Source of the DNA: Mobula hypostoma
Taxonomy: Eukaryota
Direction: 5' to 3'
Length of the DNA: 64,000 bases
Assembly: GCF_963921235.1 (NCBI RefSeq)
Contig: NC_086109.1
Location: 30,878,001-30,942,000 of the forward strand
Positions 12,830 to 25,135 of this stretch are shown here, piece by piece. The stretch's first letter is position 1; each line of letters opens with the position of its first letter. The notes under the pieces are model-generated. The model ran no database searches. It was given only the letters and a program-made list of their open reading frames with translations, and was not told the origin of the DNA. The position numbers were made by a program, and so were the translations under genes.

Positions 12830-13240
12830 GGCATGAGAGACAGGTGGTTTGTTTGGGATGTTGTGCATTCTTCCACTGTTTGTGCTTGACTTCCTAATGT
12901 TTCTAGTTGTAGAGACTCAAGATGCTCAGCAACTCATGAATGTTCCTCCATTCTGAGGTGTCGTGGGCTGGGATTTCCATGAGTTGGTGAAGGAGATGGA
13001 TTTTCTCAGGGAGATTTTGACAGCATCTTTGAAGCATTTATGCTATCCTGCAAATCTTGACACAATTTGATGCCAAGTGTTTCTTTCCAGAACTTGATAT
13101 CAGCCAAATGGAGAATGAAGCTGGTTGAGTGTGGTCAGAGTCTCAATCCTGGGAGTATTGGCTTAGGAGATGATCCTGACATTGGTTCACCAATAATGCC
13201 AATAGATTGGGGATTATTCTGCAATAAAAATGTCAAAATT
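12830..13240 (-). mobile_element. Old RTE-clade LINE 3' fragment
   Basis: The minus strand reads approximately G*HKCFKDAVKISLRK...NSWKS...HDTSEWR, resembling the RTE C-terminal GGQRKRFKDxLKxSLK...SWE...DRxxWR. Confidence 0.6.
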
Positions 13241-14289
13241 GTATACGTTTTTTCATCAGTAATTGCTGCATTTACAGCTCTTAAGTTTATTTTGCTAAAA
13301 AGGATTCATTACTATAATTAGTTCTATTAGATTTTCACAAATTCAGCCTGAAATCTATGTCATCATGAAATCTATTCACTGTTAATAGTTATAGCATTTA
13401 TAATGCTCAAAGTTACTGAAAACACGACTTGTAAAATGCAAACAATTCCAAATTTATTGTCAGTTTTGTTAGAAGGATGTTTTATGGGGAATCATAAGTT
13501 CAGATTAGAAAAGCTATAAACAATGGTAAAGAAGTCGATAAGTTTTTAGACAAAACAATATACAAGAATTGAATCTAATAGATAAAAACTCTATGATGTG
13601 TTGTCATTGTTTTTTGAGTTATTTACTTTTATCTCAAAGATAGAAATGGGTGAAATGCTGATAACTGACATTTATGTTCATGAATTCCCTGAGTTTATCT
13701 CTCTCTGGCTTACTGACATTGGCTCTCCCACTTTCGTCTGTTGTCCTTTCCACTGTTTACCCTCAAATTAACCTTATTCACTCACATTGGCCCTCTGCTG
13801 CTGGTTCTCATACTTCTTGGTGTTGTACACACATTATTTCTGGTCATGTTGCTCCCCCTGCTCATGTCATCTGCTCTGGCAGTTTTCTTGAGAGGAAGCA
13901 AAAAGAATTGGAGGTAGAGTAGCACTTTTTAAGAGATTGAGTATCAAGTTTTAACGCTGTCAGATTTGGAAAGAGCAATGATTAAACTTGAGTGTAGGTA
14001 ACTGTTAAGTACCAAATGTAAAGAAAAAGCATGCATTTTCCTGCATTACAGGTTTCAATATACTGTACATGTCTGCAGAATGATTGTTACTGAATTCAGT
14101 TGATTGGAAGGCTATTCTTGTTTTGGAGAAGTTATTTATCCTTCGTTGCGCAGTTTGCCAAGGTACAGTAAATAAGATGCTTTATGATGAGAAGGTCATC
14201 TATGCTTTGTAGAAATTTAAAAGCTAATGTTATGTTATTAATATGTTTTCGGTAGAATGAGGCCCAAAGGCCACAAAATTTAACAATTC

Positions 14290-14760
14290 ATAAAGGTCCA
14301 AAGGTTTATTTTATTATCATAATATGTAGGCAGAATAGAACGCTGAGATTTGTCTTCTCCAGATAGCCACAAAATACATAATAACCATGAAATTTGTGAA
14401 AGAAAAGATAACACACACACACACACACACGGGCGCGCGTACGCAAAAACTAACAGCGATTAAAACATCAAACCCCCAACCTCTCTCGCACACAAAAATC
14501 TACCATGTCGCTCTTATGGAAAAACACCAACAAGTATGTCCGACCTGAAATTCCCAAATCATTCCTTGTCAAAAAAAAAGGTAGCATATCACCCACCTGC
14601 CAATCTGCAGCAAGAAAGAGAACACAGAAAAACTGAAGGAGACCCGTACAAATTACAGTCCACACTAATAATCACATATGTCTCGGAATTTTGTAAACAA
14701 CCTCTGTCAGCATCGAGGAGAGCAACAGCTCAAATTCAGTCCTTCTGTGGGGAGCTTCAA
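14290..14760 (-). mobile_element. Old non-autonomous retroposon related in architecture to 6781-7575
   Basis: Starts aaaggtccaaaggtttatttt...gctgagatttgtcttctccagatagccacaaa and contains a (CA)n run at about 14411-14430. Confidence 0.5.
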
Positions 14761-15415
14761 TACGTGTTGGTGCAGGTCAAGAGATGGGGTTGGCAAGCTA
14801 GTGATTTTGAACAGCAAACAAACCAGTAGTTTGGAACAGAAATCAAAAATGATTTGATTATCGTGACGTACTTCTTAAGATTACTACAATGTTTAAAGTG
14901 TTTGTTTGTCAAGCCTTGAATGTCCTTTATTCATAACCACTGCTGACATGTTGACTGACTTGCAGTAAATTTTAGCAGCACATACAGGGGCATGCCAAAA
15001 TTTGGGCACCCCTCATCAAAATTTCTGTTACTGTGAATAGTTAAGTGAGTAGAAGACGAACTGATCTCCAAAAGTCATAAAGTTAAAGATGAAACATTCT
15101 TTTCAACATTTTAAGCAAGATTAGTATATTATTTTTGTTTTCTACAGTTTTAGAGTGGAAAAAAAGGAAAGGAGCCCAAAGAGATTTGAGCTCTCAGATA
15201 ACTTTTACCAAGGTCTCAGACCTTAATTAGCTTTTTACGGCTATGACTTGTTCACAATCATAGTTAGGACAGGCCAGGTGATGCAAACTTCAAAGCTTTA
15301 TAAATACCCTGACTCCACAAACCTTGTCTCAATGTGGCGGTAATGCACCATTAAGCTGGATGCCAACCACCGTAAAACAAGATTGAGACAGACCTTGTCT
15401 CAACAATCAGCAGCC

Positions 15416-16436
15416 ATGGGCTCCTCTAAGCAGCTGCCTAGCACTCTGAAAATTAAAGCAATTGAGGCCACAAAGCAGGAGAAGGCTATAAGAAGATAGC
15501 GAAGCATTTTCAGGTAGCCGTTTCCTCAGTTTGTAACGTAATTAAGAAATGGCAGTTAAGAGGAACAAGTTGAGGTCTGGAAGACCAAGAAAACTTTCAG
15601 AGAAAACTGCTAATAGGATTGTTAGAAAGGAAAATTAAAACCCCCGTTTGACTGCAAAAGACCTTCAGGAAGATTTAGCAGACTCTGGAGTGGTGGTGCA
15701 CTATTCTACTGTGCAGCGATACCTGCACAAATATGCCCTTCATGGAAGAGTCATCAGAAGAAAACTTTTCCTGCGTCCTCACCACAAAATTCAGCATCAG
15801 AAGTTTGCAAAGGAACATCTAAACAAGCCTGATGCATTTTGGAAACAAGTCCTGTGGACTGATGAAGTTAAAATTGAACTTTTTGGCCGCAATGAGCAAA
15901 GGTATGTTTGGAGAAAAAAAAGTGCAGAATTTCATGAAAAGAACCCCTCCCCAACTGTTAAGCATGGGGATGGATCGATCATGCTTTGGGCTTGTGTTGC
16001 AGCCAGTGGCACAGGGAAAGTTTCACTGGTAGAGGGAAGAATGAATTCAATTAAATACCAGCAAATTCTGGAAGCAAACATCAAACTGTCTGTGTATATA
16101 TAAAAAAAATTGATGGTGAATAGGGGATGGCTTCTACAATAGGATAATGATCCTAAACACACCTTAAAGTCCAGAATGGACTACCTCAAGAGGCGCAAGC
16201 TGAAGGGTTTGCCATAGCCCTCACAGTCCCCTGACCTAAACATCATCGAGAATCTGTGGATAGACCTCAAAGGAGCAGTGCATGCAAGACGGCCCAAGTA
16301 TCTCACAGAACTAGAAGCCTTTTGTAAGGAAGAATGGGCGAAAATCCCCCAAACAAGAACTGAGAGACTCTTAGCTGGCTACAAAAAGCGTTTACAAGCT
16401 GTGATACTTGCCAAAGGGGGTGTTACTAAGTACTAA
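15416..16436 (+). pseudogene. Tc1 DD34E transposase pseudogene
   Basis: ATG at 15416 (MGSSKQL), then SGRPRK, WTDE, Q*DNDPKH and SPDLNIIENLW, with 34 residues between the second D and E. Ends GGVTKY*. Contains several stops and frameshifts. Confidence 0.93.
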
Positions 16437-16444
16437 CCATGCAG

Positions 16445-16759
16445 CCTTATGTCTTGCCTTACAAGGTGCGAAACGAAAGACTGTGTGGCGCGTCGTTCCC
16501 CACACAGACAGTAGGTGGCCGTTGACTCACAAGGAGTTCATCGCCCTTTGACAGGTTTTGTTTTTAGTCCTGCTTGGTGCCTATACACCCTCCTCCTTGG
16601 TTAACTGAAGTGCACCGGGGGGTGTGTGCCCGTTGAGTCGCTGACAACCCGACCCGAGACAGGTAGTACTGGGCTACGTGGTACCAGTAGCAAGGCAAGG
16701 TCCTGACCTGACCAAAAAGTCCCGATAGGCCTGAGTCGACACAGTAGTAGTGGTAGTAG
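16445..16759 (+). mobile_element. Young non-coding retroposon with (TAG)n tail inserted in Tc1
   Basis: 9-bp TSD accatgcag at 16436-16444 and 16760-16768. 3' end ggcctgagtcgacacagtagtagtggtagtag. CpG-rich. Confidence 0.85.
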
Positions 16760-17029
16760 ACCATGCAGGGTGCCCAATCTTTTGCTTTGGGCCCTTTTCC
16801 TTTTTTTGTTATTTTGGAACAGTAAAAGGTGCAAATAAAAAGAAGTAATCTTGCTTAAAATAGTAAAGAAATGTGTCATCTTTAACTTTATGCCTTTTGG
16901 AAATCAGGTCATCTTTTACTTGCTTAGCTATTCACAGTAACAGAAATTTTGACCGGGGTGCCCAAACCTTTGCATGCCACTGTAAGTGCAGTATGAACTG
17001 GAGTCACATTTAACTGATTCTGACCTTTT

Positions 17030-17170
17030 GCTTATGCTTTTTATTTTCATTAATTCTGTAGAATTTCTCTGTCCGACTGTAAATTCCTGCAAGAAAATGA
17101 ATCTCAGGGTCGTATATGGTGACATACAAGTACTTTGATCACAAATGTCCCTTGAATTTTGAACTTTAAT
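17030..17170 (+). mobile_element. LINE/SINE 3' tail fragment
   Basis: cctgcaagaaaatgaatctcagggtcgtatatggtgacata...tttgaacttt has the layout of a retroposon 3' end. Confidence 0.55.
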
Positions 17171-19299
17171 GTTGGACAGAGCCCGAGGCAGTGGTGACTG
17201 GTTGAGCTGATGTACACCACTTAATGTCTGATCCCTCAGCTTTACTTATTCTAGACCTAACCACAAAAAACTTGATGTTGTCTCTCATTAAAGTGATCTA
17301 TGGTTTGATTATTTCACTTTATTTCAATTAATAGTAATAATTAAATGTTTTTATCACTTTTGAGAGGTTAATTTTAATTTATTTAAATTTTGTTCCTAAA
17401 TTTGTGGGTCTTTATGCAGGGTGTCAGTTTAGCTGCTTTGCCTTAGTCCCTAATGGCTGCCCACCAAGTGTTGTCGAACAATTGTAACAGAGAGGCTTGC
17501 AAATGATGGGAGCTGTGCGGTCATAAAAGATAAAGCATAACATTTCCTGAGCGCTAATCAAGGCCTGGGCTGGGTCATTCATGCTCTAGCCTATGCTGTT
17601 TAAAGCATGCCCTTGGATTGCCTAACTTTTCAACAGTGCCACTTTACAATTTGCTGTGTTAACATTTTTGATAGTACATCTGCTTTTTATCTATGTGGTG
17701 GTTCTATTTTTCTATCCTGGAATACCTTGAATTCTGATACAATTCATGCAATCAGCTGCAATTTGTTTGACACAAAATAGTATTCTTTTAGAGTTCTCTT
17801 GGAATTCAATTATTGCAAGAAAATATGGTAACAATGAGAGAATGAGACAGACTAATACAACTGTGTCTCAGGTATTATGCTTATCTAGAAATCAGGCACC
17901 AGAAGTCCTTTAGACGTACTGAATGAAATTTGACTTCTACACCTTTACTTCACAAAGGCAATGAATACCAAGCTATTTTGCTGGATGAAGGCCATTTGCA
18001 TGCACATTTCTCTGTAGGGCCAATAATTCCCAAAGTTCTGCATTAAATGTTATTGATAGCAGTGTATTATACAAAAAGAAACCTCTAGTCAAATATGTGT
18101 TTGCATTTCAGGCTACAAAAAATCACAAAGGAAACTATTTCAAAGGGCAACTGTTTTACTTCTGGAGCACAAACCTTAGCTCTTCAGGGGAGAAGGGAAT
18201 GATGTAGGTGGGTGAGAGGTAGGGGTTATGGATTTTGGGGGAAATACAGTAGATAAAGTTATTTTGATATGTGTAACAGAATACTCCATAAAATCTTATG
18301 TGTAAACATAAGAGTTAGCATTTCAATGCTCTTTTAGCATGTTAATTTTGTTTTTCTCTCCACTGACACTATCTGGCCTTCTAACTATTTCCAGCTTATT
18401 CAGTTTTTATTCCAAATTATATATGTTTGCAGTCTTTTCTGATAACTAGGTAGTACTAAGTGCACAAGAAAGATTAGAAGGTAGAAGAAACAATGAATGA
18501 TGCTGATTGATCAGAGAAATTCAAATGATTGATCAGAGTAACCACCTTGATGAAAAGGACTCTGAAAGAGAGATGGCAGGTTGAAGGAAGGTCCAGCCAA
18601 ATGTGTGGAAGATTTTACCTGAAACCAGATATTTTGGAACTGTAACAGGACAGTGATTTTAAAAGTTAATAGATGAGAGGAACAATGAAGTCTACCAAAA
18701 TAAATGAAAATGTGGAAATCATTTTGCAGATGAGCTCTGAATAAGAGTTGCTACTGGAAAAATATTAAGGGCCGAGGAACAGTAGTGAATAGAAATTCTT
18801 CAAAATGAGTTGAGTAGGAAGTGGGGATTAAAACAGGAAGAACACAAAGAATAAAAGACATGTTGGTTCAGAAGTTCCTTAGACTGGTGATCAATTCACA
18901 TCCACCCCACCTTGCCTATCCACTAAATATGTTCTAACCATCAGCTGATCTCTGATAACTTCATTAGTGAAACTGACTCAAATCTGATTCGAGACATGCT
19001 CTATTGCATTAGGGTTTATGATTATAAATTACAGCAAGTTGCATTAATAGAAAATTAAGTTAGTTCTCCAGGCTCTAGTGATTGTCAAAGCTGTTAAGGA
19101 ACTTCATCCTCTGAGCTGAAAATATTGCAAGTCACTGATGACCACACTAACATTATCATAATTTGTGGTAGCAAGTGGTGAAATTGGTGGATAGTATACT
19201 CAAAGCACGAAAGCTTTGTCAATTAGGGAAAAAGGTGTTTCATTCCTGAGCCAATTTTCAGTCAAAGCCAAGAAGTTAATGAAGTCATTCACAATTGAG

Positions 19300-20612
19300 T
19301 AATGGAAGTAAAACACTTTGTTCCTGACTAAAAGTCAACCAGGAAAATAAAAATGCCATGTTCAGTGAACAATGTTGATTTGAAGGCACAGCAAATGGGG
19401 GTTTGCTGACAAATTTACTATGAAGGACAGGGAAGAGGACAGTGAAATTAGTACATAGCAGGATAGAAAGATTGTTAGAAATGGGGTAATTATAATTGTT
19501 GCTTATATCTGTGCTGGGATCTCTGCTGTTTGTAATGTATATAAATGTCCTGGATGAAAATGTAAGTGAGTAGGTTAGTAAACTTTCAGATGATTCCAAG
19601 ATTGATGGAGTTGTGGATAGTACTGAAGACTGATAACAAATACAGCACAATATACATCATTTGCAGATATGGACTGAGAAATGGCAGGTGGAGTTTAACC
19701 CAGATAAATGTGAGGTGTTGCACCTCAGTAGGGCAAATACAAGAAGAGAGTATACTGTTAAAGGCAAGGTCCTTAACAGTATTGTTGAGCAGAGAGATCT
19801 TGGGTTCCAAGTTCATAGCTCCTTTAGAGTGGCTACACAACTTGATAAGGTGATTAAGAAGGCTTATGGAATGCTTGATTTTATTAGTTGAGGCACTGAG
19901 TTCAAAACTCAGGAAGTTATGTTACAACTTTATAAAACTCTGGTTAGGCCACATCTGGAGTAGTGCATACAGTTCTGGTCACCCCCCTATAGGAAGGATG
20001 CTGAGGCTTTGGAGAGGCTGCATAAACTTGGAACAAGAGAAAATCTGCAGATGCTGGAAATTTGAGCAACACATACAAAATGCTGGAGGAACTCAGCAGG
20101 CCAGGCAGCACCTATGGGGGGAAAAAAGTACAGTCGGCTTTTCCGGCTGAAACCCTTCGGCAGACGGATGTGTGTTGCTGGATAAACTTGGGTTGTTTCC
20201 TCTGGGACAACAGAGGCTGAGGGGAGATCAGATAGAAGCTTACAAGATTCTGAGAGGCATAAATAGAGTGGACAGAGAGTATCTCTTTCCCAGGGTTGAA
20301 ATTTTTAATACTGGAGGGCATGCATTGAGGTGAGGGGCAATAGTTTCAAAGAGGATGTGAAGGGTAATTTTTTTTACTCAGAGTCATGGATGCCTGGAAT
20401 GCACTGCCTGATATGATGGTAGAAGCAAATACATTAGAAGCTTTTAAGAGACATTTGAATAGGCACATGGATGTAAGGAAGATGGAGGGATATGGACATG
20501 GTGTAGGTAGGAGGGATTAGTGTTTGGATCTTTTTGATTTGTTTTTTAGCTGGTTCGACACAACATTGTGGGCCAGATGGCCTGCTCCTGTGCTGTACTC
20601 TTCTATTATCAA
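19300..20612 (+). mobile_element. CR1 LINE 3' portion
   Basis: WQVEFNPDKCEVLH, EQRDLG, YKTLVRPHLE*CIQFWSP and a 3' UTR ending cctgtgctgtactcttctat. Confidence 0.88.
20032..20176 (-). mobile_element. Penelope-derived short element in CR1
   Basis: Flanked by a 15-bp duplication gctg(c/g)ataaacttgg (20017-20031 and 20177-20191). Near-identical to 42590-42722. Confidence 0.85.
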
Positions 20613-21058
20613 TGCTCAGGGAATAAAGATAAATCAGTCAGAACTATGAAAGGAACAGAAGGTAGCATGGATTAATTGAAAGTGATTTCCTAGCCAGAAA
20701 AGTGGTAGGAAAGAAGGAAGATGTAGTGGAAGTGATATATTAAAGGAGGAAGCTGGTGGTACACATTGCTGAAAGGAGAACATGGCCTGCAGATGATCTA
20801 CTTGAAAGATGATTTCTTTTTCTTTCCCCACAGATAATATCTGATCTTCTCGTCATTTTGAGCATATTCATTTGAAGGTAATGGACTTGGAAAATGAACA
20901 ACAGCAAAATGAGTATGCAATTTGATAAAGGGAAACTGAGCAACAGAAGCATTTCACAAATGAAAAGGGATATGAACTTAATGCAAACAAAAAAATCATT
21001 ATGCAAACCATATGGAATTCTCTACCTCCAGACGTCCATGGGTATTCAGTTGCTGAGT

Positions 21059-21545
21059 AACTCCTGTACCTAGCAAGTGCCACCGTGTGTATGTTCGTGG
21101 TCTTCGGATTCTGTAGTCCATCCACTTCAAGAGCCGAAAACTTGTTCATTCAGAGATGCTCTTCTGCATTGTGTTAATGTCATGTTCCTGTCAAGTTGAA
21201 ACATTCTGGACATTCTCTTCTGATTAACAAGGCATTTTTGCCTAAAGAGCTGCCACTCATTGGATTTTTTTTTTTAATTTTTGCACCATTCTCTGTTAAA
21301 CACTACAGACTATTGTGTGTGAAAATCCCGACAGTTTCTGAGGTACTCAAACCATCCTGTTGGGGAACCAACAAACATTACATGGTCAAATTCACTTAGA
21401 TCACATTTCTTCCCCATTCTGATGTTTAGTTGTTGCTGTGTCTGCATGCTTTTATGAATTGAGTTGCTGCCTCATGATTGGCTGATTAGGTGTTTGCATT
21501 AACGATAAGGTATGCTGGTACACCTAACAAAATGGCCACTCAGTG
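21059..21545. mobile_element. Non-autonomous Tc1-type element inserted in an old CR1 tail
   Basis: Right end cacctaacaaaatggccactcagtgTA. The body matches 6074-6583, and the flanks rejoin as a CR1 3' end. Confidence 0.75.
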
Positions 21546-22599
21546 TATATTTAAAGTCAAGATTGATGAATTATTAAATACTAGAGAATATGAGAATCTG
21601 ATGGGAACAAGGAGTTGAGACACAGAATCAGCTGTCATACTTACTATGCGAGATCACTCAAGAAAACAGGACTCGTTACTCAGCACCTCAAGCCTGCTGC
21701 ATCATTCAATATCATCCTGGCTCATCTATGCTGACCTCAAAGCTCATTTTCAATCTGGGCATTAATTAGAATACATGAGCTTGAAAACATAAATTCATTG
21801 TATATTTTCTTCTGGATAGAAGAGCAGCATTGATTCCAAACATAATATATTTAGTAAAGTTATAACCATGCATTGGATTTGTTCTGCCAGGGGATTGTAC
21901 TTTTGCATCACATCAAATAAAGTGAGTGGTGCATGCATATTGTTAATTAAAGCAACTGACGTAGAACCTTCAGTGTAACAAAATGCAGCAAAAGAAATTA
22001 GAGAAAATCTTGGATTTCACGTTCTCTTTTAAAACATCCTGTTTAATAGTTAGTAGTGTTCTTTAGAAATGTTTTTACAAGTGCAGCTTAGGATAGCTGG
22101 CAGCCAGTTTGAAAACAGAAAGCTTCTTAAACAGTAAAGTCATGGAAATGTTGATTAAGAAATAGGATATTTAATATTACTGCTCCAGTCTCTCTTGAAA
22201 TTAGATACCCACCTGAGAAATCAGGTTAAGTGTCTTGACTGAAAGATCACCGCTTAATGTACTCACACACTCCTAGAAGGAAAGACACAGTGCACTTGAA
22301 AATTAACTTAGCTCTGTTTAGCTCAAGAATAATGCTCGTTTCAGTGATTCTTTGCACCCAGAATGAAATTTGGCCCTTTTTATTTGTGTATCCTGTACCT
22401 TTTTATCTGCATAAAATTGTGTTAAATTAAGTAACATTAACAATAACTCCCAATTTGCTACTAGCATGATTTTTAAACCCTCTTGGTTTGAGAATAACAA
22501 TTCTTGTTCACAGAACAACGAGATTTTGCTAAGTCCATTTCTGCTGAAGCTATGCCATTTAAAGAGTCACAAAAAATGAAGGGAGTAACTCATCATTTC

Positions 22600-23010
22600 A
22601 TGCAGCATCTATGGAAGGGAATAGTCTCTTTCACCTTCATCCACCTTATTCAGGCTCTCCTTCCCCTCTTTCCCGCCTTATTCTGGCTGCATTGTCCTTC
22701 CGACACCCCCACTGGCTTCTTTCCACTTTCCTTTCCCATCCTGTTGCTGGGTTATGGCACGAAAGATTGACTGTTTATTTCCGTCCACAGATGCTGAGTT
22801 TCTCCAGCATTTTGCGTGCATTGCTTCTGATTTCCAGCATTTGCAGAATCTATTGTGTTTATCACTTAAGGCGTCGAGCTGCATTTTCTGGAGAAGCAAG
22901 AACTGCGGAGGTTGGCATCTGGAGCAACAAATAATCCACTGGAAGAACTCAGTGGGTGAAGCAACATCTGTGGAAGGAAAGGAATTATTGACAGACATTG
23001 CTTGATCTAC
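22600..23010. mobile_element. Cluster of degraded Penelope-derived termini in both orientations
   Basis: cacagatgctgagtttctccagcattttgcgtg...ttccagcatttgcaga, and the opposite-orientation ctggaagaactcagtggg...catctgtggaagg. Confidence 0.6.
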
Positions 23011-23736
23011 AGAATTCGCCAAACAGATTGTTTGAAGCTGCATTCCTTGTCCTTTCTGAGAATAGTAGTATACTGCAACATTAAACACATGCTCCTGGAC
23101 TACTTTGCCCATGGAAATCAGAGTCGTGATCACTTATGGATTCCTAGCCTCAGGGTTATTTCAGGCCACTGTGACTGATCTCAATCCTATCTCACACTTT
23201 GTTCTCACTGCTGTATCAGGAAGTCACCTGAATTCCAAAATCAAGGAGAGGAGATTTGAACACACAAGGACATGAGTTATGTAGGCTTCCCTGCACAGTA
23301 CTCCCTCCCTTACAGAGAATTCCATGGCAGTCTTAGCTAGAAAGTTTCCATGGCCACCCCATACAAAGAACATGCACAGAGGAATACAGTAAGCTGTTCG
23401 GAGAAAATGGAAATTAAATATTATGAATTTAACAGGACTCTTACAGACAGCAATAGGGTGACACACAGCATTATTTAACTGACGGTGTGATCATTCAAGT
23501 TGTGTTTGATGTTCTCCAAATGGTTTGTTTATTGGCGAGTCCTCAGGTAGCTATGGAGACTGATCATGAATCCACATAACTGGGATGTTGGGGTAAATTC
23601 CCTTCACGGAGAGTGCCTGTGTGTGGCTTTGTTTAATGTGGGGGTGGGGAGGGGATGATGCATAGGCAGCCACCAGGTTGTTCTTGACAAATCAGGGTCA
23701 GGGTCCAGTGACATGGAGTGCAAGGCTACTGGGAAC

Positions 23737-25135
23737 CATAGTTCCCTCTAAGCTTTGCGTGTGTGCGCACACACACACGTTTTTCAACCAGCGCACGAAG
23801 GAAATGAATGTGCGCACAAAAGGTTAGTTACCTAAAATAATATAGTAATTAATAATTATACTTATTGAAAATAATCTTTTAGCTAACTGTTTCTGTTAGC
23901 TAGTTAGTCAGTTTTTCAAATACCACAATGCACGTCACCTCACCTTCCCTGTTCCGGTTTGTACAGCTGCATCACGGCGGCAGCCATGTTTGGCGGACAG
24001 TGTTCATATCGTAAAGTTTATAAAGATCTGTTTCAAATCCTGTAGATAGCTTACTAAGTTTATATTGAAAAAAGTATTGATTCACTATGTTGAATTCAAA
24101 AGAAGCGAAGGGCGTGAAGCGCAAAAGAACTCCAAATTTGTTTAAAGTTGAATGGCTGAACAAAATAGTAGAAAATGCTACACCGAAAGCTCATGAGGTC
24201 ATGAATGTTCAGCTACGAGAAATATTTATGTATGATTCAGACACTGGAGTTATCTGTTTGTATTGTCATGTTGCAAAAGTTGCTGGGGAACTTGCTAGTG
24301 GAAAGAAGTGGGATGATATTTGGAAACTTGACTTTTTGAAGCGTCATTTGGCAAGTAAATCACATTTGGACGGTGTGCAAAAGCTCAGGCAACAGAACCC
24401 GTCATTATCCATCACAGGAGTGCTACACATGTTACAGCTGAGTGCAGATGAGCGAGAGCGAAGGAGGAGATCAAAGTTGAGGTACAAGAATAGTCAGCCT
24501 TTTGATTTCTCTACAATTGCAGATTGTGACTTCACACTTGGCACTGAACATGTTAATGCCTTATGTCTAACATATCCTGAGTTGCTAGCTGAAAATACTG
24601 TAATAGTTAGACAGTTTAATTATTTCAAATTATCCATGCAAGAAAAATTAAATCCAAACTGATTTCAAACTTTGCTCAAATGGTGGCATTTGTACTTCAA
24701 AATGAACAGTTTTGCGACCTTGCACAGTTGATGGACATTGGGGAACCTTTCTTGCATCTAATGCGGACTGTGAGTGAGATTTTAGCCTAATGAATCAACT
24801 CAAAAGCAAGCTGAGAAACTGTTTAGGTGAATGTCATTTGGATATGTTAATGAGAATCAAAAGCTATCAATTGGATGGAAGTTCTATTAGTCTAGATAGA
24901 GGTTACAAAGAATGGGAAAATGCCAAAGACAGGAGAGAGGAAAAAATAACTGGGTGTCTTAAATATGTATGTTTTTTTTTGTAATTCCGTGCAGTTTTAT
25001 GTAAAATATTGTGTAAACCTACATAAACTGTGCCATGTGTGCATTCAGTGCGCACATACTTTTGTCACAGGAAAAAAATTCGCACAACGTAAGATTTTTG
25101 CGCACACTGACTACTAAAAATTAGAGGGAACCTGG
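23737..25135 (+). mobile_element. hAT-superfamily transposon, internally deleted
   Basis: TIRs catagttccctctaa / ttagagggaacctgg and an 8-bp TSD ctgggaac (23729-23736) / ctggggac (25136-25143). Subterminal gcgcac repeats. Confidence 0.9.
24087..24984 (+). pseudogene. hAT transposase remnant (N-terminal zinc finger fused to C-terminal hATC dimerisation region)
   Basis: CLYC...KRHLASKSH zinc finger, and SNADCE*DFSLMNQLKSKLRNCL resembling the hATC motif. The central catalytic region is missing, with a junction near 24475. Confidence 0.85.

Larger units (their letters stand above)
14985..16982 (+). mobile_element. Tc1-family DNA transposon with long (~200 bp) TIRs
   Basis: TA|CAGGGGCATGCCAAAATTTGGGCACCCC ... 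GGGGTGCCCAAACCTTTGCATGCCACTG|TA. Inverted similarity extends about 200 bp. It carries two internal insertions. Confidence 0.95.
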
